A DNA stretch of 63,769 nucleotides, filler included, from an uncultured bacterium (GTDB lineage: Bacteria > DYJV01), in the NCBI GenBank assembly GCA_964543655.1. It is 4 parts of 4 records of this genome, joined end to end, with 100 filler letters (N's around TTAATTAATTAA, not from the genome) between each part and the next. Parts side by side here need not be neighbours in the genome. Positions count along the whole stretch, not along the records: positions 36,291 to 54,152 come from CAZIZE010000057.1; 3 more parts are not named here. One strand, given 5' to 3'. Position numbers and translations under genes: made by a program. Within the stretch, counting starts at the first letter, position 1. Each line of letters starts with the position of its first letter. A model generated the notes under the pieces. It saw only the letters and a program-made list of their open reading frames with translations, made no database searches and was not told the DNA's origin. This document shows, piece by piece, positions 40,772 through 51,746 of the stretch.

Positions 40772-42086
40772 TTTGAATTTTTACTATATTTGATGAATTT
40801 TTATCAATTTTAACTTTCTCACTTATTCTGTATCCAGCGACCCAGATAATATTACCATTTTTATCAATAACAAGAGGAATTTTATGTCTCAATCTTGCAG
40901 GTACTTTCTGGTTAATAAAAAATTTTTTAAGTTTTATTTCTGATTTAAAACCAAGTGGTTGGAACCTATCACCATTATGGAAAAATCTTATTTTTAGAGG
41001 GAGAAGCAGCTTATCTTTATCTACAAATTCAGTATACTTTGGCTTATTTAAAAAATTTATTTCCCCTTTTTCAACTTCTGTAATTGATAATTTAATATTA
41101 TCAATAGATAGTGTTTTTGCTAAAGTAGGTTGGATAAAAATTGCATCATACTCTTTGGAAAACTCTACATTTTTAAAAATGAATTTTCCTTTATTATCTT
41201 GTATAAAAGTAATTAATTTTTCTAATATTTTTTTGTTATACTCAAAACAGTTAAAGTAATGAAAAATTTTTTTTAAAATTTCTGTTAAAATGAATTTATT
41301 TTCTGGTAAATTTTTTAAAAGAACTTTTACTCCATCTCCCTCTTTTATAACTATTTTGTTAAATATTTTTTCAATATTCTCATCAATATATTCATTTAAA
41401 TCTTTCATTTGAAAAGTTAGGTTAAATATGTGACTTTTAAAATTTTCATTGAAATATTTTTCAATTTCTGGAATAAGCTGAAGCCTTATTTTATTTCTAA
41501 GATAATATTTTTCAAAGTTGGATTCATCTATTACAAAATTAAGATTATTTATTTTTAAATATTTTAAAATTTCTTTTTTTGAAAAATTTAAAATAGGCCT
41601 GATAATTTTGCCATACCTTACTCTAACACATTCAAAGCTTCTAATAGCTCTGCCCCTAAAAATATTGAGGAAAAAAGTTTCTATCTGGTCATCAAAATTG
41701 TGTGCTGTTGCAATTTTTTGATATCTATTTTTTTCAGCAATTTCATGTAATAACTTATATCTTAAAAATCTTCCAGCTTCCTCTATAGACATTTTATTTA
41801 ACTTTGCAAAATTTTTAATATTTTGCTTTTCCACAAAAATTGGTATTGAGTGCTTTTTAGCGAATTCAATGGAGAATTTTTCATCATTATTACTACTTTT
41901 GCCTCGTAACAAATGATTAAGATGAAACATTCCAAGTTTGATTTTGTTATTTTTTGATAATTTTATTAGCATTTTTGTTAAAAAAATAGAATCAGGACCA
42001 CCTGAAAATGAAATTAGTATAGAATCATTATTATTAATTAAATTATTTTCATTGATAAATTTTAAAAATTTTTCAAAATAATCCAT
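40752..42086 (-). CDS. tilS: tRNA(Ile)-lysidine synthase
   Basis: SGGPDS, TAHNFDDQIET, DESN, RNKIR, TilS C-terminal domain. Confidence 0.95.
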   Translation of the reverse strand: MDYFEKFLKFINENNLINNNDSILISFSGGPDSIFLTKMLIKLSKNNKIKLGMFHLNHLLRGKSSNNDEKFSIEFAKKHSIPIFVEKQNIKNFAKLNKMSIEEAGRFLRYKLLHEIAEKNRYQKIATAHNFDDQIETFFLNIFRGRAIRSFECVRVRYGKIIRPILNFSKKEILKYLKINNLNFVIDESNFEKYYLRNKIRLQLIPEIEKYFNENFKSHIFNLTFQMKDLNEYIDENIEKIFNKIVIKEGDGVKVLLKNLPENKFILTEILKKIFHYFNCFEYNKKILEKLITFIQDNKGKFIFKNVEFSKEYDAIFIQPTLAKTLSIDNIKLSITEVEKGEINFLNKPKYTEFVDKDKLLLPLKIRFFHNGDRFQPLGFKSEIKLKKFFINQKVPARLRHKIPLVIDKNGNIIWVAGYRISEKVKIDKNSSNIVKIQINDFSA

Positions 42087-42298
42087 GAAAAAACAATAGC
42101 AGCATTGATTTAAAAGTTCAATATAAAACTTTAAAAGTGCAATAGAGAATGAAATTTTTTACAATTTTAGTACCTTTGTGAAGTGGTAAATTTTTTATTT
42201 CTAATGCAGTTTTTAAGGAAAAATTAAAACTTGACTAATAACAAAAAAGGTATATAATTGTTTTGGCAGAACGCCTAAAAAATTTCAGGAGGTGTGAT

Positions 42299-42577
42299 AT
42301 GAGTGTTAAATTTCCACAAATAGGTAACAAAGTTATAGCAAAAGTTATTGATACAAAAGGTGATTGCACAATTGGTATGAAAGTAGGTGATGAATTTGAG
42401 GTAAGTGTTCACAAATGTGGTGATTTTTGCGGCTTATTTTATCACAACATTTTGCAATGGATAAGTATGTTACAATTTGGAGGCACATTTCCAGTAGGTG
42501 ATAATCCAGATGTTATGGTTTGGGAATGCCCAAATGCAAATAATAAAGTTAAAGTTGAGTTAAGAAGAGAAAAGTAA
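42299..42577 (+). CDS. Small Cys-rich protein (TIGR04076-like)
   Basis: KGDC..G.KVGDEF, FCG, ECP...V.VEL; AGGAGG RBS before ATG 42299. Confidence 0.75.
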   Translation: MSVKFPQIGNKVIAKVIDTKGDCTIGMKVGDEFEVSVHKCGDFCGLFYHNILQWISMLQFGGTFPVGDNPDVMVWECPNANNKVKVELRREK

Positions 42578-42605
42578 TATAAGATTATTTATTCAAAATT
42601 TTTTA

Positions 42606-42631
42606 AAGCGGGTTTTTGACCCGCTTTTTTT
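42606..42631 (+). terminator. Intrinsic terminator
   Basis: AAAGCGGGT-TTTTG-ACCCGCTTTTTTT. Confidence 0.85.
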
Positions 42632-42821
42632 ATTAAAATTTATTTATTTTACTTTTCATGTATTAGATGTTATATTTATAACAAATTGAATATGTTTTTT
42701 TGGCGTTATTTGTAAGTAATTACAGTATGTTATGGTAGCAACCTTGATTTAATAGATGTAATGAAACATTGATATTAAATATTTGTGGCAAAATCAAATT
42801 CAAACAGATACGGAGGATTTT

Positions 42822-43793
42822 TTGGAGAAAGTTAGGGTAGGTGTGGTTGGAGTTGGATATTTAGGAAAGTATCATTTAGAAAAATATTTAAAAGCAAATG
42901 ATGTAATAGTTACTTCAATTTCAGATATTTCAGAAGATAATCTTAATAAAGTTAAAAATCAGAAAATTTTCAAATCTAAAGATTACAGGGACATTTTAGG
43001 TTATGTTGATGCTGTTAGTATTGTTACCCCTACCGAAACTCACTTTGAAATAGCAAAATTTTTTTTAGAAAATGGCAAAGATGTTCTTGTTGAAAAACCG
43101 ATTACCACAACAGTAGAGGAGGCTGACGAACTTATTGATATTGCAGAGAAAAATGGTAATATTTTTCAGGTGGGTCATCTTGAGCGATTTAATCCAGCAG
43201 TTGTGGCATGTAAAGAGTTCCTTGGAAAGCCTATGTTTATTGAATGTTTGAGAATATCACCATATATAGGTAGAAGCATTGATATAGATGTTGTGAGAGA
43301 TTTAATGATTCATGATATTGATATAATTTTAAGTATTGTAAAGAGTTCATTAAAAGAAGTTCATGCAGTTGGTGTTCCTATATTAACAAAGAAAATAGAT
43401 ATAGCAAATGCGAGACTTGTTTTTGACTCTGGATGTGTGGTGAATATTACAGCAAGTAGAGTTTCATTTAAAAAAGAGCGAAAAATACGAATATTCCAGA
43501 GAAATAGATATATTTCCATTGATTATGAGAAAAGGGCAGCTAAAATTTATACACTGGATAAAAAAGGGAAAGATACAATCAAACCACTTGATTTCCTCTC
43601 ATGTTTTAAAATGAACAAAATTAGATTTCCAAAAAAAGTTGACCAGCTTGAGCATGAAATAAACTCTTTTATTCATTGTGTAAGAAAACGAATTAATCCT
43701 CCAGTATCAGGCAGAGAGGGGAGAAATGCATTAAATGTAGCTTTGAAAATTTTAGACAATTTAGAGGAGAAATTAAATGGTTCCATTTGTTGA
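42822..43793 (+). CDS. gnnA: Gfo/Idh/MocA oxidoreductase, probable UDP-GlcNAc 3-dehydrogenase
   Basis: GVGYLG, VEKP, VGHLERFNPA, DLMIHDID, TASRVS; with a DegT aminotransferase directly before lpxB; TTG start after GGAGG. Confidence 0.75.
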   Translation: MEKVRVGVVGVGYLGKYHLEKYLKANDVIVTSISDISEDNLNKVKNQKIFKSKDYRDILGYVDAVSIVTPTETHFEIAKFFLENGKDVLVEKPITTTVEEADELIDIAEKNGNIFQVGHLERFNPAVVACKEFLGKPMFIECLRISPYIGRSIDIDVVRDLMIHDIDIILSIVKSSLKEVHAVGVPILTKKIDIANARLVFDSGCVVNITASRVSFKKERKIRIFQRNRYISIDYEKRAAKIYTLDKKGKDTIKPLDFLSCFKMNKIRFPKKVDQLEHEINSFIHCVRKRINPPVSGREGRNALNVALKILDNLEEKLNGSIC

Positions 43794-44880
43794 TATAAGC
43801 AAGGAATTTGAAATTTTTAAAAGTGAAATTTTTTCAAGGATTCAAAGAGTTTTATTTAACTCTCAGTTTATACTTGGTGAAGAGGTTGCAAAATTTGAAG
43901 CTAATATTTCTGAACTTTTTCAAATAAGTTATGCTGTTGGTCTTAACAGTGGCACAGATGCTCTACATTTTGCTTTACTTGCAAATGGCATTGGAAAAGG
44001 TGACAAGGTTATTACTACACCTTTTTCATTTATAGCTACCACAGAGGCTATTCTATATTGTGGTGCAACACCTGTTTTTGTTGATATAGATGCCAATACT
44101 TACAATATTGATCCAGAAAAAATTGAGGATGCAATTGATGAAAAAACAAAAGCTCTATTAATTGTCCACCTGTTTGGTAACCCATGTAATATGGAGAGAA
44201 TTTTGGAAATTGTAAAAAAACATAACCTTATTTTAATAGAAGATTGTGCACAGAGTTTCGGGTCAAAATATAATAACAGATTTGTTGGCACTTTTGGAAA
44301 AGCAGGATGTTTTAGTTTTTATCCAAGTAAAAATCTTGGTGCCTATGGTGATGGAGGAATGGTAATTACCAATTACCATGAAATATATAAGAAATTTCTT
44401 TTATATAGAAATCATGGTCTGGGTGCAGATGGTTCTCATAATATTATAGGATTTAATAGCAGGCTTGATTCTATTCAGGCTGCTGTATTAAATGTAAAAG
44501 TTGAATATCTTAACCAATTTATTGATAAAAGAAGGAAACTTGCTTCACTTTATAAAGAATTGCTCAAAGATGTAGAAGAAATCATATTTCCCCATGAATA
44601 TGAAAATAGTTATCACACTTATAATTTATTAACTATTAGAGCTAAAAAAAGAGATGAACTAAAAAAATTTTTAACTGAAAATGGTATTAACACAGGAATT
44701 TATTACAGAGCCCCAATTCCTGAGCAACCTGCAATGAGATTTTTAAATGTTGATAAAGATTCATATTTTATAGCTTCCAATATTTGCAATCAAGTTTTAT
44801 CGCTACCACTTTATCCAAATTTAAGTGAAGGTATAGTTAAAAAAATTGCATTAAAAATCAAGGAATTTTATGCAAAGTAG
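43777..44880 (+). CDS. gnnB: DegT/DnrJ sugar aminotransferase, probable GnnB
   Basis: NSGTDAL, IEDCAQ, SFYPSKNLGAYGDGG, NSRLDSIQAA; synteny with gnnA and lpxB. Confidence 0.72.
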   Translation: MVPFVDISKEFEIFKSEIFSRIQRVLFNSQFILGEEVAKFEANISELFQISYAVGLNSGTDALHFALLANGIGKGDKVITTPFSFIATTEAILYCGATPVFVDIDANTYNIDPEKIEDAIDEKTKALLIVHLFGNPCNMERILEIVKKHNLILIEDCAQSFGSKYNNRFVGTFGKAGCFSFYPSKNLGAYGDGGMVITNYHEIYKKFLLYRNHGLGADGSHNIIGFNSRLDSIQAAVLNVKVEYLNQFIDKRRKLASLYKELLKDVEEIIFPHEYENSYHTYNLLTIRAKKRDELKKFLTENGINTGIYYRAPIPEQPAMRFLNVDKDSYFIASNICNQVLSLPLYPNLSEGIVKKIALKIKEFYAK

Positions 44881-45991
44881 TGTTTTCATAGTGGCAGGTG
44901 AAGCTTCTGGCGATACTTATGGTGCTAATTTAATTAATGAATTAAAAGTTAAAGCTCCATCATTAGCAATTTATGGATTTGGTGGCAGTAAAATGGAAGA
45001 AGCTGGTGCAGAATTAATAGAAGATATGCATAAAATATCCGTTGTTGGACTTACAGAAGTAATTAAACATTTACCTGATGTCTTTAAAATTTTAAAAAAA
45101 ATAGAAGCTTTTTTAAAAAGAGAAAAACCAGCTTTTATTATTTTAATAGATTTTCCAGATTTCAATTTCAGGGTTGCAAAAATAGCAGATAAGTATAAAA
45201 TACCAGTTTACTACTTTGTAAGTCCCCAGATTTGGGCCTGGCGTCAGAGTAGGGTATATTTTTTGAAAAAATATATTAGAAAAATATTTGTAATTTTCCC
45301 ATTTGAAGAGAGTTTTTATAAAAAATTTAATGTTAATGCCCAGTTTATAGGCCATCCCCTTGCAAAAAAGATAAAAAAATTTAATCCTTCCATTAATTTT
45401 CCTACAAACAAGAAGTATATTACTTTGCTTCCTGGAAGTAGATACAGTGAAATTAACAGATTATTACCAGTAATTCTTGATTCTGTTAAATTGATAAAAA
45501 ATGAATTTTTAGAATTTGAATTTTTGTTACCTGTAGCGCCAACTCTTGATTTTTCTAAAATAAAAAGAATGGTAGAAAAAGATGCCCCTTTTGTTCAGGT
45601 AATAGATGGTAACAGTTACAACGCTATTCTTGCTGCTACAATTGTTATATCTGCATCAGGGACAGCTACCCTTGAATCAGCTCTTTTTGGAAAACCAGTA
45701 ATAATAATTTATAGAGTAAATTTCATTTCATATATTTTAGGTCGTATTTTTATAAAAGTAAAGCATATTGGTATGCCTAATCTCCTTTTAGGAGATAGTT
45801 ATAATCCTGAGTTAATTCAACATAGAGTAACTGCTGAAAATATATTTATAGAGGTAAAAAAATTTCTTTATAATTCATTAAAGTATAAAAAAGTTTCGTC
45901 AATGAATAGAAAACTTTTAGAAAAATTATACTTTGAAAATAGTTACTCTGTTACAATAGATTCCATACTTAAAGAGCAGTGTATTCTCTAA
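44870..45991 (+). CDS. lpxB: Lipid-A-disaccharide synthase
   Basis: AGEASGD, IDFPDFN, SPQIWAWR, GHPL, LPGSR, SGTATLE. Confidence 0.96.
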   Translation: MQSSVFIVAGEASGDTYGANLINELKVKAPSLAIYGFGGSKMEEAGAELIEDMHKISVVGLTEVIKHLPDVFKILKKIEAFLKREKPAFIILIDFPDFNFRVAKIADKYKIPVYYFVSPQIWAWRQSRVYFLKKYIRKIFVIFPFEESFYKKFNVNAQFIGHPLAKKIKKFNPSINFPTNKKYITLLPGSRYSEINRLLPVILDSVKLIKNEFLEFEFLLPVAPTLDFSKIKRMVEKDAPFVQVIDGNSYNAILAATIVISASGTATLESALFGKPVIIIYRVNFISYILGRIFIKVKHIGMPNLLLGDSYNPELIQHRVTAENIFIEVKKFLYNSLKYKKVSSMNRKLLEKLYFENSYSVTIDSILKEQCIL

Positions 45992-46376
45992 TTTTTTCTT
46001 TAAACTCCTCTGGTACAGGAATTGTCTTTTTACTTTTATAATCATAAAAAACTTGCACACTGGTTCCATCTGCAAATTTTAAATTATTGTCTTCAGAAAC
46101 TAATTCATAGAAAAATTTGAAACTTTTATTGCCAAAATCACCTGCCCACATATTTAAAATAATTTTAGGTGAATTTAACTCAATTGGTAAAAAATAATTT
46201 GCTTCACATTTTGCAAGAATAAAAGAGAACTCTATTGGAGATTTAACATTAATAATTTTTTTAAAAAATTCTAACCTTCCAAGTTCAAAATAACTGAAAT
46301 ATACTGCGTTATTTACATGACCCATAGCATCAAGGTCTCTAAATCTTACCTGTATTGGAACCTGAAATTTTTTCAA
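45969..46376 (-). CDS. Acyl-CoA thioesterase (4HBT/YbgC family)
   Basis: RFRDLDAMGHVNNAVY. Confidence 0.9.
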   Translation of the reverse strand: MKKFQVPIQVRFRDLDAMGHVNNAVYFSYFELGRLEFFKKIINVKSPIEFSFILAKCEANYFLPIELNSPKIILNMWAGDFGNKSFKFFYELVSEDNNLKFADGTSVQVFYDYKSKKTIPVPEEFKEKIREYTAL

Positions 46377-46387
46377 TATTGCCTCCT

Positions 46388-47908
46388 TTAATTAAAAATT
46401 TTAAAACAGTAATGAAGATTATTTATAATGTCAGCAGCAATAACAGATTCAGGAGATTTTCTCTCTGATGCCACATTGCCAGCAAGCCCATGGAGGTATG
46501 TAGCTAAAATAGCTGCTTCCATATTTGTATACTTTTGTGCCACAAAGGATGCAATCATCCCAGATAGAACATCTCCACTCCCTCCAGTTGCAAGAGCAGA
46601 ATTCCCTGTGGGATTAATATAGGTGTATTCGCCGTTGGTTATTACTGTTCTAAAACCTTTCAATATTACTATCACATTATATTTTTTTGCAAAATCTTTT
46701 GCAATTTCTATTCTACTATTTTGAATCTCTTTAGTTTCAATACCTGTTAATCTTGACATTTCTCCAGGATGAGGTGTTAATATTGGAGGTAACTTTAATT
46801 TATTCAATAAATGCAAATTTTCAGCCAGGATATTTAATCCATCAGCATCTATTATAATTGGGATTTTAATTTCTGGTAAAATATTAATGAGAAGCTCTTT
46901 TTCCCTTTCTCCTTTACCAAGTCCAGGCCCAATAACAATAGCATTTTTTGAATTTATAAAATTTATAAGCTCACCTTTATCAAAGGAATCAAAATTAATT
47001 GGATAACTCATACCTTCTACAAATAAGGTTTCCACAATATTATTGATTTCTAAAGGAACAATCGAGGTAACAAGTCCACAGCCTGAGGAGAGTGCAGCTC
47101 TACCTGCAAGTATCACAGCTCCACTAAAGCCAACATTTCCACCTAAAATCAAAACATGGCCAAAAGTGCCTTTGTGAGAGTTATTATTTCTTTTTTTGAA
47201 AATTTTTTCTAAAATATCTATGTCTATTTCAAAATTTTTTATTGTAAATGGCACATTTTTGGGAATTGAAATATCAATAACCTTAACTTCACCACAATAG
47301 TTAATCCCGGGAAAAGTTGATAATCCGATTTTTTTATATGCAAATGTGCAAGTAAGATGTGCCTTTACAGCAATTCCAAGTGGTACTCCCTTTTCAGAGT
47401 GTAAACCAGATGGAATATCAACAGATATTATTTTTGCACCAGAGTTGTTAATAAATTCAATAATTTTTTTATAATAATCTTTTACTTCTTTTTTTAAACC
47501 TGTACCTAAAATTGCATCAAATATATAATCAAACTTTTTATTTTTTGTAAATTTTTCAAACTGCTCAATTGTCTCTACTTCATTAATCGTTATTTCCATA
47601 TTTTTGCAAATTTGATAATTAATAGCTGCATCACCTTTTAAATTAATGCTTTTAGTAAGAAGGATAATGGATACGTTTTTAAATGAGTTATTATGAAGAT
47701 ACCTGGCAACCACAAAACCATCACCACCATTATTCCCTTTGCCACAAATAATTAGAATATTGGAAGTTTTTTCAGGAAGGAATTTATCAATAAAATGTTG
47801 ATAAACTCCTTTCCCTGCATTTTCCATTAACACAGCACCTAAAATACCAATTGTGTTAATGGTATATTTATCTATTTCAGCCATTAGATTCCCTGATACT
47901 AATTTCAT
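46388..47908 (-). CDS. nnr: Bifunctional NAD(P)H-hydrate epimerase/dehydratase
   Basis: LMENAG, GKGNNGGDG, DIPSG, HKGTFG, LTPHPGE, GGSGDVLSG. Confidence 0.95.
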   Translation of the reverse strand: MKLVSGNLMAEIDKYTINTIGILGAVLMENAGKGVYQHFIDKFLPEKTSNILIICGKGNNGGDGFVVARYLHNNSFKNVSIILLTKSINLKGDAAINYQICKNMEITINEVETIEQFEKFTKNKKFDYIFDAILGTGLKKEVKDYYKKIIEFINNSGAKIISVDIPSGLHSEKGVPLGIAVKAHLTCTFAYKKIGLSTFPGINYCGEVKVIDISIPKNVPFTIKNFEIDIDILEKIFKKRNNNSHKGTFGHVLILGGNVGFSGAVILAGRAALSSGCGLVTSIVPLEINNIVETLFVEGMSYPINFDSFDKGELINFINSKNAIVIGPGLGKGEREKELLINILPEIKIPIIIDADGLNILAENLHLLNKLKLPPILTPHPGEMSRLTGIETKEIQNSRIEIAKDFAKKYNVIVILKGFRTVITNGEYTYINPTGNSALATGGSGDVLSGMIASFVAQKYTNMEAAILATYLHGLAGNVASERKSPESVIAADIINNLHYCFKIFN

Positions 47909-47967
47909 ATTAGCCTCCTATGTTTGTTTTACCTATTTATCAAGTTAGACAAATTTTTTCAACTTTT

Positions 47968-47999
47968 TATTGACAATGTTATTTTTGTAACTAATTTAT
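47968..47999 (+). promoter_or_regulatory. Heat-shock promoter motif, copy 1 (hrcA)
   Basis: TATTGACAAT-N9-GTAACTAATTTAT, also present before dnaK. Confidence 0.7.
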
Positions 48000-48006
48000 C
48001 AATAAG

Positions 48007-49059
48007 ATGAAATGGGAATTAAATGACAGAATGAAACAAATTTTAAAATTTGTAATAAATGAGTTTATTGACACAGGTGAGCCTGTGGGGTCAAGGACTA
48101 TTGTGAAGAAATACAATATTAATTTAAGTCCTGCAACTATTAGAAATATAATGTCAGATTTAGAAGATTTTGGTTTTCTCTACCAGCCATATACATCTGC
48201 TGGTAGAGTTCCAACCAAGAAAGGATTACAATATTATGTTGATACATTGGTTCATTTTCAGAATATTTCTGAAAAATTAAAGAGAAAAATTTTTAATGCA
48301 GTAAATAACGATGAGTTGAAGCTCACTGAAATTTGTGGGAAAATATCAGATATAATTTCAGAAATAACAAACTGTGTGGGAGTGGTGATTGTTCCTGATA
48401 TTAAGTTTTCAACTTTGAATCATCTTGAATTTTTGAGATTAACTGATTCAAAGGTTCTTGCTATTATAGTTAATGAGCTTGGTCAGGTTCAAAATAAAAT
48501 ATTTGAAGTTGATTTTAAAATATCTCAGGAAGAGCTTAATAAGCTCAGTAATTATCTAAATGTGAAATTTCAAAATAAAAATATTATTGATGTTAAAAAT
48601 GAGATTTTAAAAGAGATGGATACTGTAAAAAATTTGTTTAATGAGAAGCTATCAAAGCTTGTTGAAAAATTTTATAAAATGGATTTGAAAGATTATGATT
48701 TGCAAAAAGATGTTATTATTAAAGGGTTAAAAAATTTTTTACAATCTGATTATTTTCAAAAAGATTTTGAAAACTTAAAAAAATTATTAAGTTTATTTGA
48801 GGAGAAAAATAAGCTAATAGAGATTCTTGACAAAAGTATTAAAAATCCAGGGATACAGATATTTATTGGGTCCCAAAATAAAGAATTTGAAAATTTAAGT
48901 ATAGTTACATCATCATATTCAAAAAATGGTCTTACTCTTGGTAGCTTAGGGGTAATTGGACCATTAAGAATGAATTATAATGCAATTATACCAATAGTTG
49001 ATTGTGCAGCACAAATTATTTCCACAATTTTGGATGAAAATTTTAGGAGGTTAAGGTAA
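48007..49059 (+). CDS. hrcA: Heat-inducible transcription repressor
   Basis: EPVGSR, SPATIRN, TSAGRVPT, GVIGPLRMNY. Confidence 0.96.
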   Translation: MKWELNDRMKQILKFVINEFIDTGEPVGSRTIVKKYNINLSPATIRNIMSDLEDFGFLYQPYTSAGRVPTKKGLQYYVDTLVHFQNISEKLKRKIFNAVNNDELKLTEICGKISDIISEITNCVGVVIVPDIKFSTLNHLEFLRLTDSKVLAIIVNELGQVQNKIFEVDFKISQEELNKLSNYLNVKFQNKNIIDVKNEILKEMDTVKNLFNEKLSKLVEKFYKMDLKDYDLQKDVIIKGLKNFLQSDYFQKDFENLKKLLSLFEEKNKLIEILDKSIKNPGIQIFIGSQNKEFENLSIVTSSYSKNGLTLGSLGVIGPLRMNYNAIIPIVDCAAQIISTILDENFRRLR

Positions 49060-49623
49060 ATGGCTGAAAAAAAGAAGGAGAAAAAAACAGAGAAGAAACA
49101 AGATGAAGTTAAAGAGTTAAAAGAGAAGATAAAAGAGCTTGAAAATAGTTTAAAAGAAAAGGATGAGGAGATAAAAGAGTTAAAAGATAAATATTTAAGA
49201 GTGGTAGCAGAAGCTGAAAATATGAAGAAAAGATTAGAAAGAGAGAAAAGGGAATTTTTGGAATATGCCAATGAAAATCTCCTTAAAGATTTATTACCTG
49301 TTATTGATAATATTGAGAGAGCAATTGAACATGCTAATGAAGATGCTAATGTTAAAGATTTTATAAAAGGTGTTGAAATGACACTAAATAATTTTATCAA
49401 AATTTTAGAAAAATATAATGTTAAATCAATTAACGCATTAAATGAAGAATTTAATCCAACTTATCATGAAGCAATGGCAATAAAAGAAACAGAGGAGCAT
49501 CCACCCAATACAGTGGTGGAGGAATTGCAGAAAGGATATATGTATAAGGAGAGATTACTTAGACCATCACTTGTAACTGTTGCAAAAGAACCAGCAAAAA
49601 ATAGTATTGACAATACAAATTAA
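49060..49623 (+). CDS. grpE: Nucleotide exchange factor GrpE
   Basis: AEAENMKKR, LLPVIDNIERA, QKGY..LLRP. Confidence 0.96.
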   Translation: MAEKKKEKKTEKKQDEVKELKEKIKELENSLKEKDEEIKELKDKYLRVVAEAENMKKRLEREKREFLEYANENLLKDLLPVIDNIERAIEHANEDANVKDFIKGVEMTLNNFIKILEKYNVKSINALNEEFNPTYHEAMAIKETEEHPPNTVVEELQKGYMYKERLLRPSLVTVAKEPAKNSIDNTN

Positions 49624-49636
49624 GTAACTAACTTAT
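49605..49636 (+). promoter_or_regulatory. Heat-shock promoter motif, copy 2 (dnaK)
   Basis: TATTGACAAT-N9-GTAACTAACTTAT. Confidence 0.7.
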
Positions 49637-49663
49637 TGAAAAAAGCTAAAGGAGGAAATAGAA

Positions 49664-51598
49664 ATGGGAAAAGTTATAGGTATAGATTTGGGGACAACTA
49701 ACTCATGTGTTGCAGTAATGGAAGGTAAAGAACCTAAAGTTATAGTTAACTCAGAAGGTTCAAGAACAACACCTTCAATAGTTGCTTTTACAGATAAAGG
49801 TGAAAGGTTGGTTGGTCAGCTTGCAAAAAGACAGGCAGTTACCAACCCTGAGAACACAATTTATGCTGTAAAAAGATTAATTGGTAGAAAGTATGAAGAT
49901 GCTCAGGTACAAAAAGCAATTAAAGTTGTTCCATATAAAATAATTAAAGCATCCAATGGCGATGCTTGGGTTCAGGTGAGGGGCCAAGATTACAGCCCAC
50001 AGCAAATTTCTGCTTTTGTGTTACAAAAAATGAAACAAACAGCAGAAGATTATCTTGGTGAAAAAGTTACAGATGCTGTTATAACTGTTCCTGCTTATTT
50101 TAATGATAGTCAGAGACAGGCTACAAAAGACGCAGGTAAAATAGCAGGATTAAATGTTTTGAGAATAATCAATGAGCCAACAGCAGCAGCATTGGCTTAT
50201 GGACTTGATAAGAAAAAAGATGAGAAAATAGCAGTATTTGACCTTGGTGGAGGAACATTTGACATTTCAATACTTGAAATAGGTGATGGTGTTTTTGAAG
50301 TTAAATCAACCAATGGTGACACATTCCTTGGTGGTGAGGATTTTGACCAAGCTTTAATAAACTATATTGCAGAAGAATTTCAAAAAGAAAATGGAATAGA
50401 TTTAAGAAAAGATAAAATGGCATTACAGAGACTAAAAGAAGCTGCAGAAAAAGCAAAGCATGAGCTTTCTACTGTAATGGAGACTGAGATAAATTTACCA
50501 TTTATTACAGCAGATAGTAGTGGACCAAAACATTTACAAATGAAAATAACACGAGCAAAATTTGAGTCATTAGTTGAGGACCTTTTGAAAAGATTGGAAG
50601 AACCTTGTATGCAGGCACTTAAAGATGCAGGCCTTGGTGCTAATGATATTAATGAAGTTATTCTTGTAGGTGGTATGACAAGGATGCCTGCTGTTCAGGC
50701 AAAGGCAAAAGAGATTTTTGGTAAAGAGCCACATAAAGGTATTAACCCAGATGAAGTTGTAGCAATAGGTGCTGCAATTCAAGGTGCTGTTTTAAAAGGT
50801 GATATAAAAGATGTATTACTGCTTGATGTAACACCACTTTCACTTGGAATAGAGACTTTAGGTGGTATGTTTACCAAAATTATAGAAAGGAATACAACAA
50901 TTCCTGTTAAAAAGAGCCAGATATTTACAACTGCAGCAGACAATCAGACTTCAGTTGGTATCCATGTATTGCAGGGTGAAAGACCTCTTGCAAAGGATAA
51001 TAAAACTCTTGGTAAATTTGAACTTGTTGGTATTCCACCTGCACCAAGGGGAGTGCCTCAGATAGAAGTTACATTTGATATAGATGCAAATGGTATTGTG
51101 CATGTTAGTGCAAAAGATAAAGCAACAGGAAAAGAACAGTCAATTAAGATTACAGCTTCAAGTGGCTTAACTGAGGAAGAAATTGAAAAAATGGTTAAAG
51201 AAGCTGAAATGCATGCTGAAGAAGATAGAAAGAGAAAAGAATTAATAGAAGTAAAAAATCAGGCTGAAAACTTAATATACACAACAGAGAAAACTTTAAA
51301 AGAAGCTGGAGATAAAATAGCTGAATCTGATAAGAAAAATATTGAAGATGCAATTGAAAAACTTAAAAAAGTAAAAGATTCAAGTGAAGATAAAAGTGAA
51401 ATAGAAGCTGCAATTAATGAATTAACACAAGCTTCATATAAACTTGCTGAAGTATTGTATGGTCAGGGACAGCAAGGTGGTGCAGGTGCTCAACAGCCTG
51501 GTGCTGGAGCAGCAGGAGGAAGTGCTAATTCAAAACCAGATGAAGATGTTGTTGATGCTGATTATGAAGAAGTTAATGATGATAAGAAGCAAAGTTGA
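49664..51598 (+). CDS. dnaK: Chaperone DnaK
   Basis: [26 protein letters not shown]. Confidence 0.99.
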   Translation: MGKVIGIDLGTTNSCVAVMEGKEPKVIVNSEGSRTTPSIVAFTDKGERLVGQLAKRQAVTNPENTIYAVKRLIGRKYEDAQVQKAIKVVPYKIIKASNGDAWVQVRGQDYSPQQISAFVLQKMKQTAEDYLGEKVTDAVITVPAYFNDSQRQATKDAGKIAGLNVLRIINEPTAAALAYGLDKKKDEKIAVFDLGGGTFDISILEIGDGVFEVKSTNGDTFLGGEDFDQALINYIAEEFQKENGIDLRKDKMALQRLKEAAEKAKHELSTVMETEINLPFITADSSGPKHLQMKITRAKFESLVEDLLKRLEEPCMQALKDAGLGANDINEVILVGGMTRMPAVQAKAKEIFGKEPHKGINPDEVVAIGAAIQGAVLKGDIKDVLLLDVTPLSLGIETLGGMFTKIIERNTTIPVKKSQIFTTAADNQTSVGIHVLQGERPLAKDNKTLGKFELVGIPPAPRGVPQIEVTFDIDANGIVHVSAKDKATGKEQSIKITASSGLTEEEIEKMVKEAEMHAEEDRKRKELIEVKNQAENLIYTTEKTLKEAGDKIAESDKKNIEDAIEKLKKVKDSSEDKSEIEAAINELTQASYKLAEVLYGQGQQGGAGAQQPGAGAAGGSANSKPDEDVVDADYEEVNDDKKQS

Positions 51599-51627
51599 GG
51601 ATTTTAATTTGTAATAAAAATTTTTTG

Positions 51628-51658
51628 AAAAGAGGTAGGTAGGATACCTGCCTCTTTT
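51628..51658 (+). terminator. Stem-loop terminator between dnaK and dnaJ
   Basis: AAAAGAGGTAGGT-AGGAT-ACCTGCCTCTTTT. Confidence 0.75.
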
Positions 51659-51746
51659 CTATTTTTACGGATAGTAAAATTTTCATTTGCATAATTTTGA
51701 TAAATAATATAATTGAAATAAAAAATTCGGAACATGGAAGAGACTT

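Noticed and set aside
47909-48006. Expected CIRCE operator before hrcA
   Set aside because: No match to TTAGCACTC-N9-GAGTGCTAA found by eye
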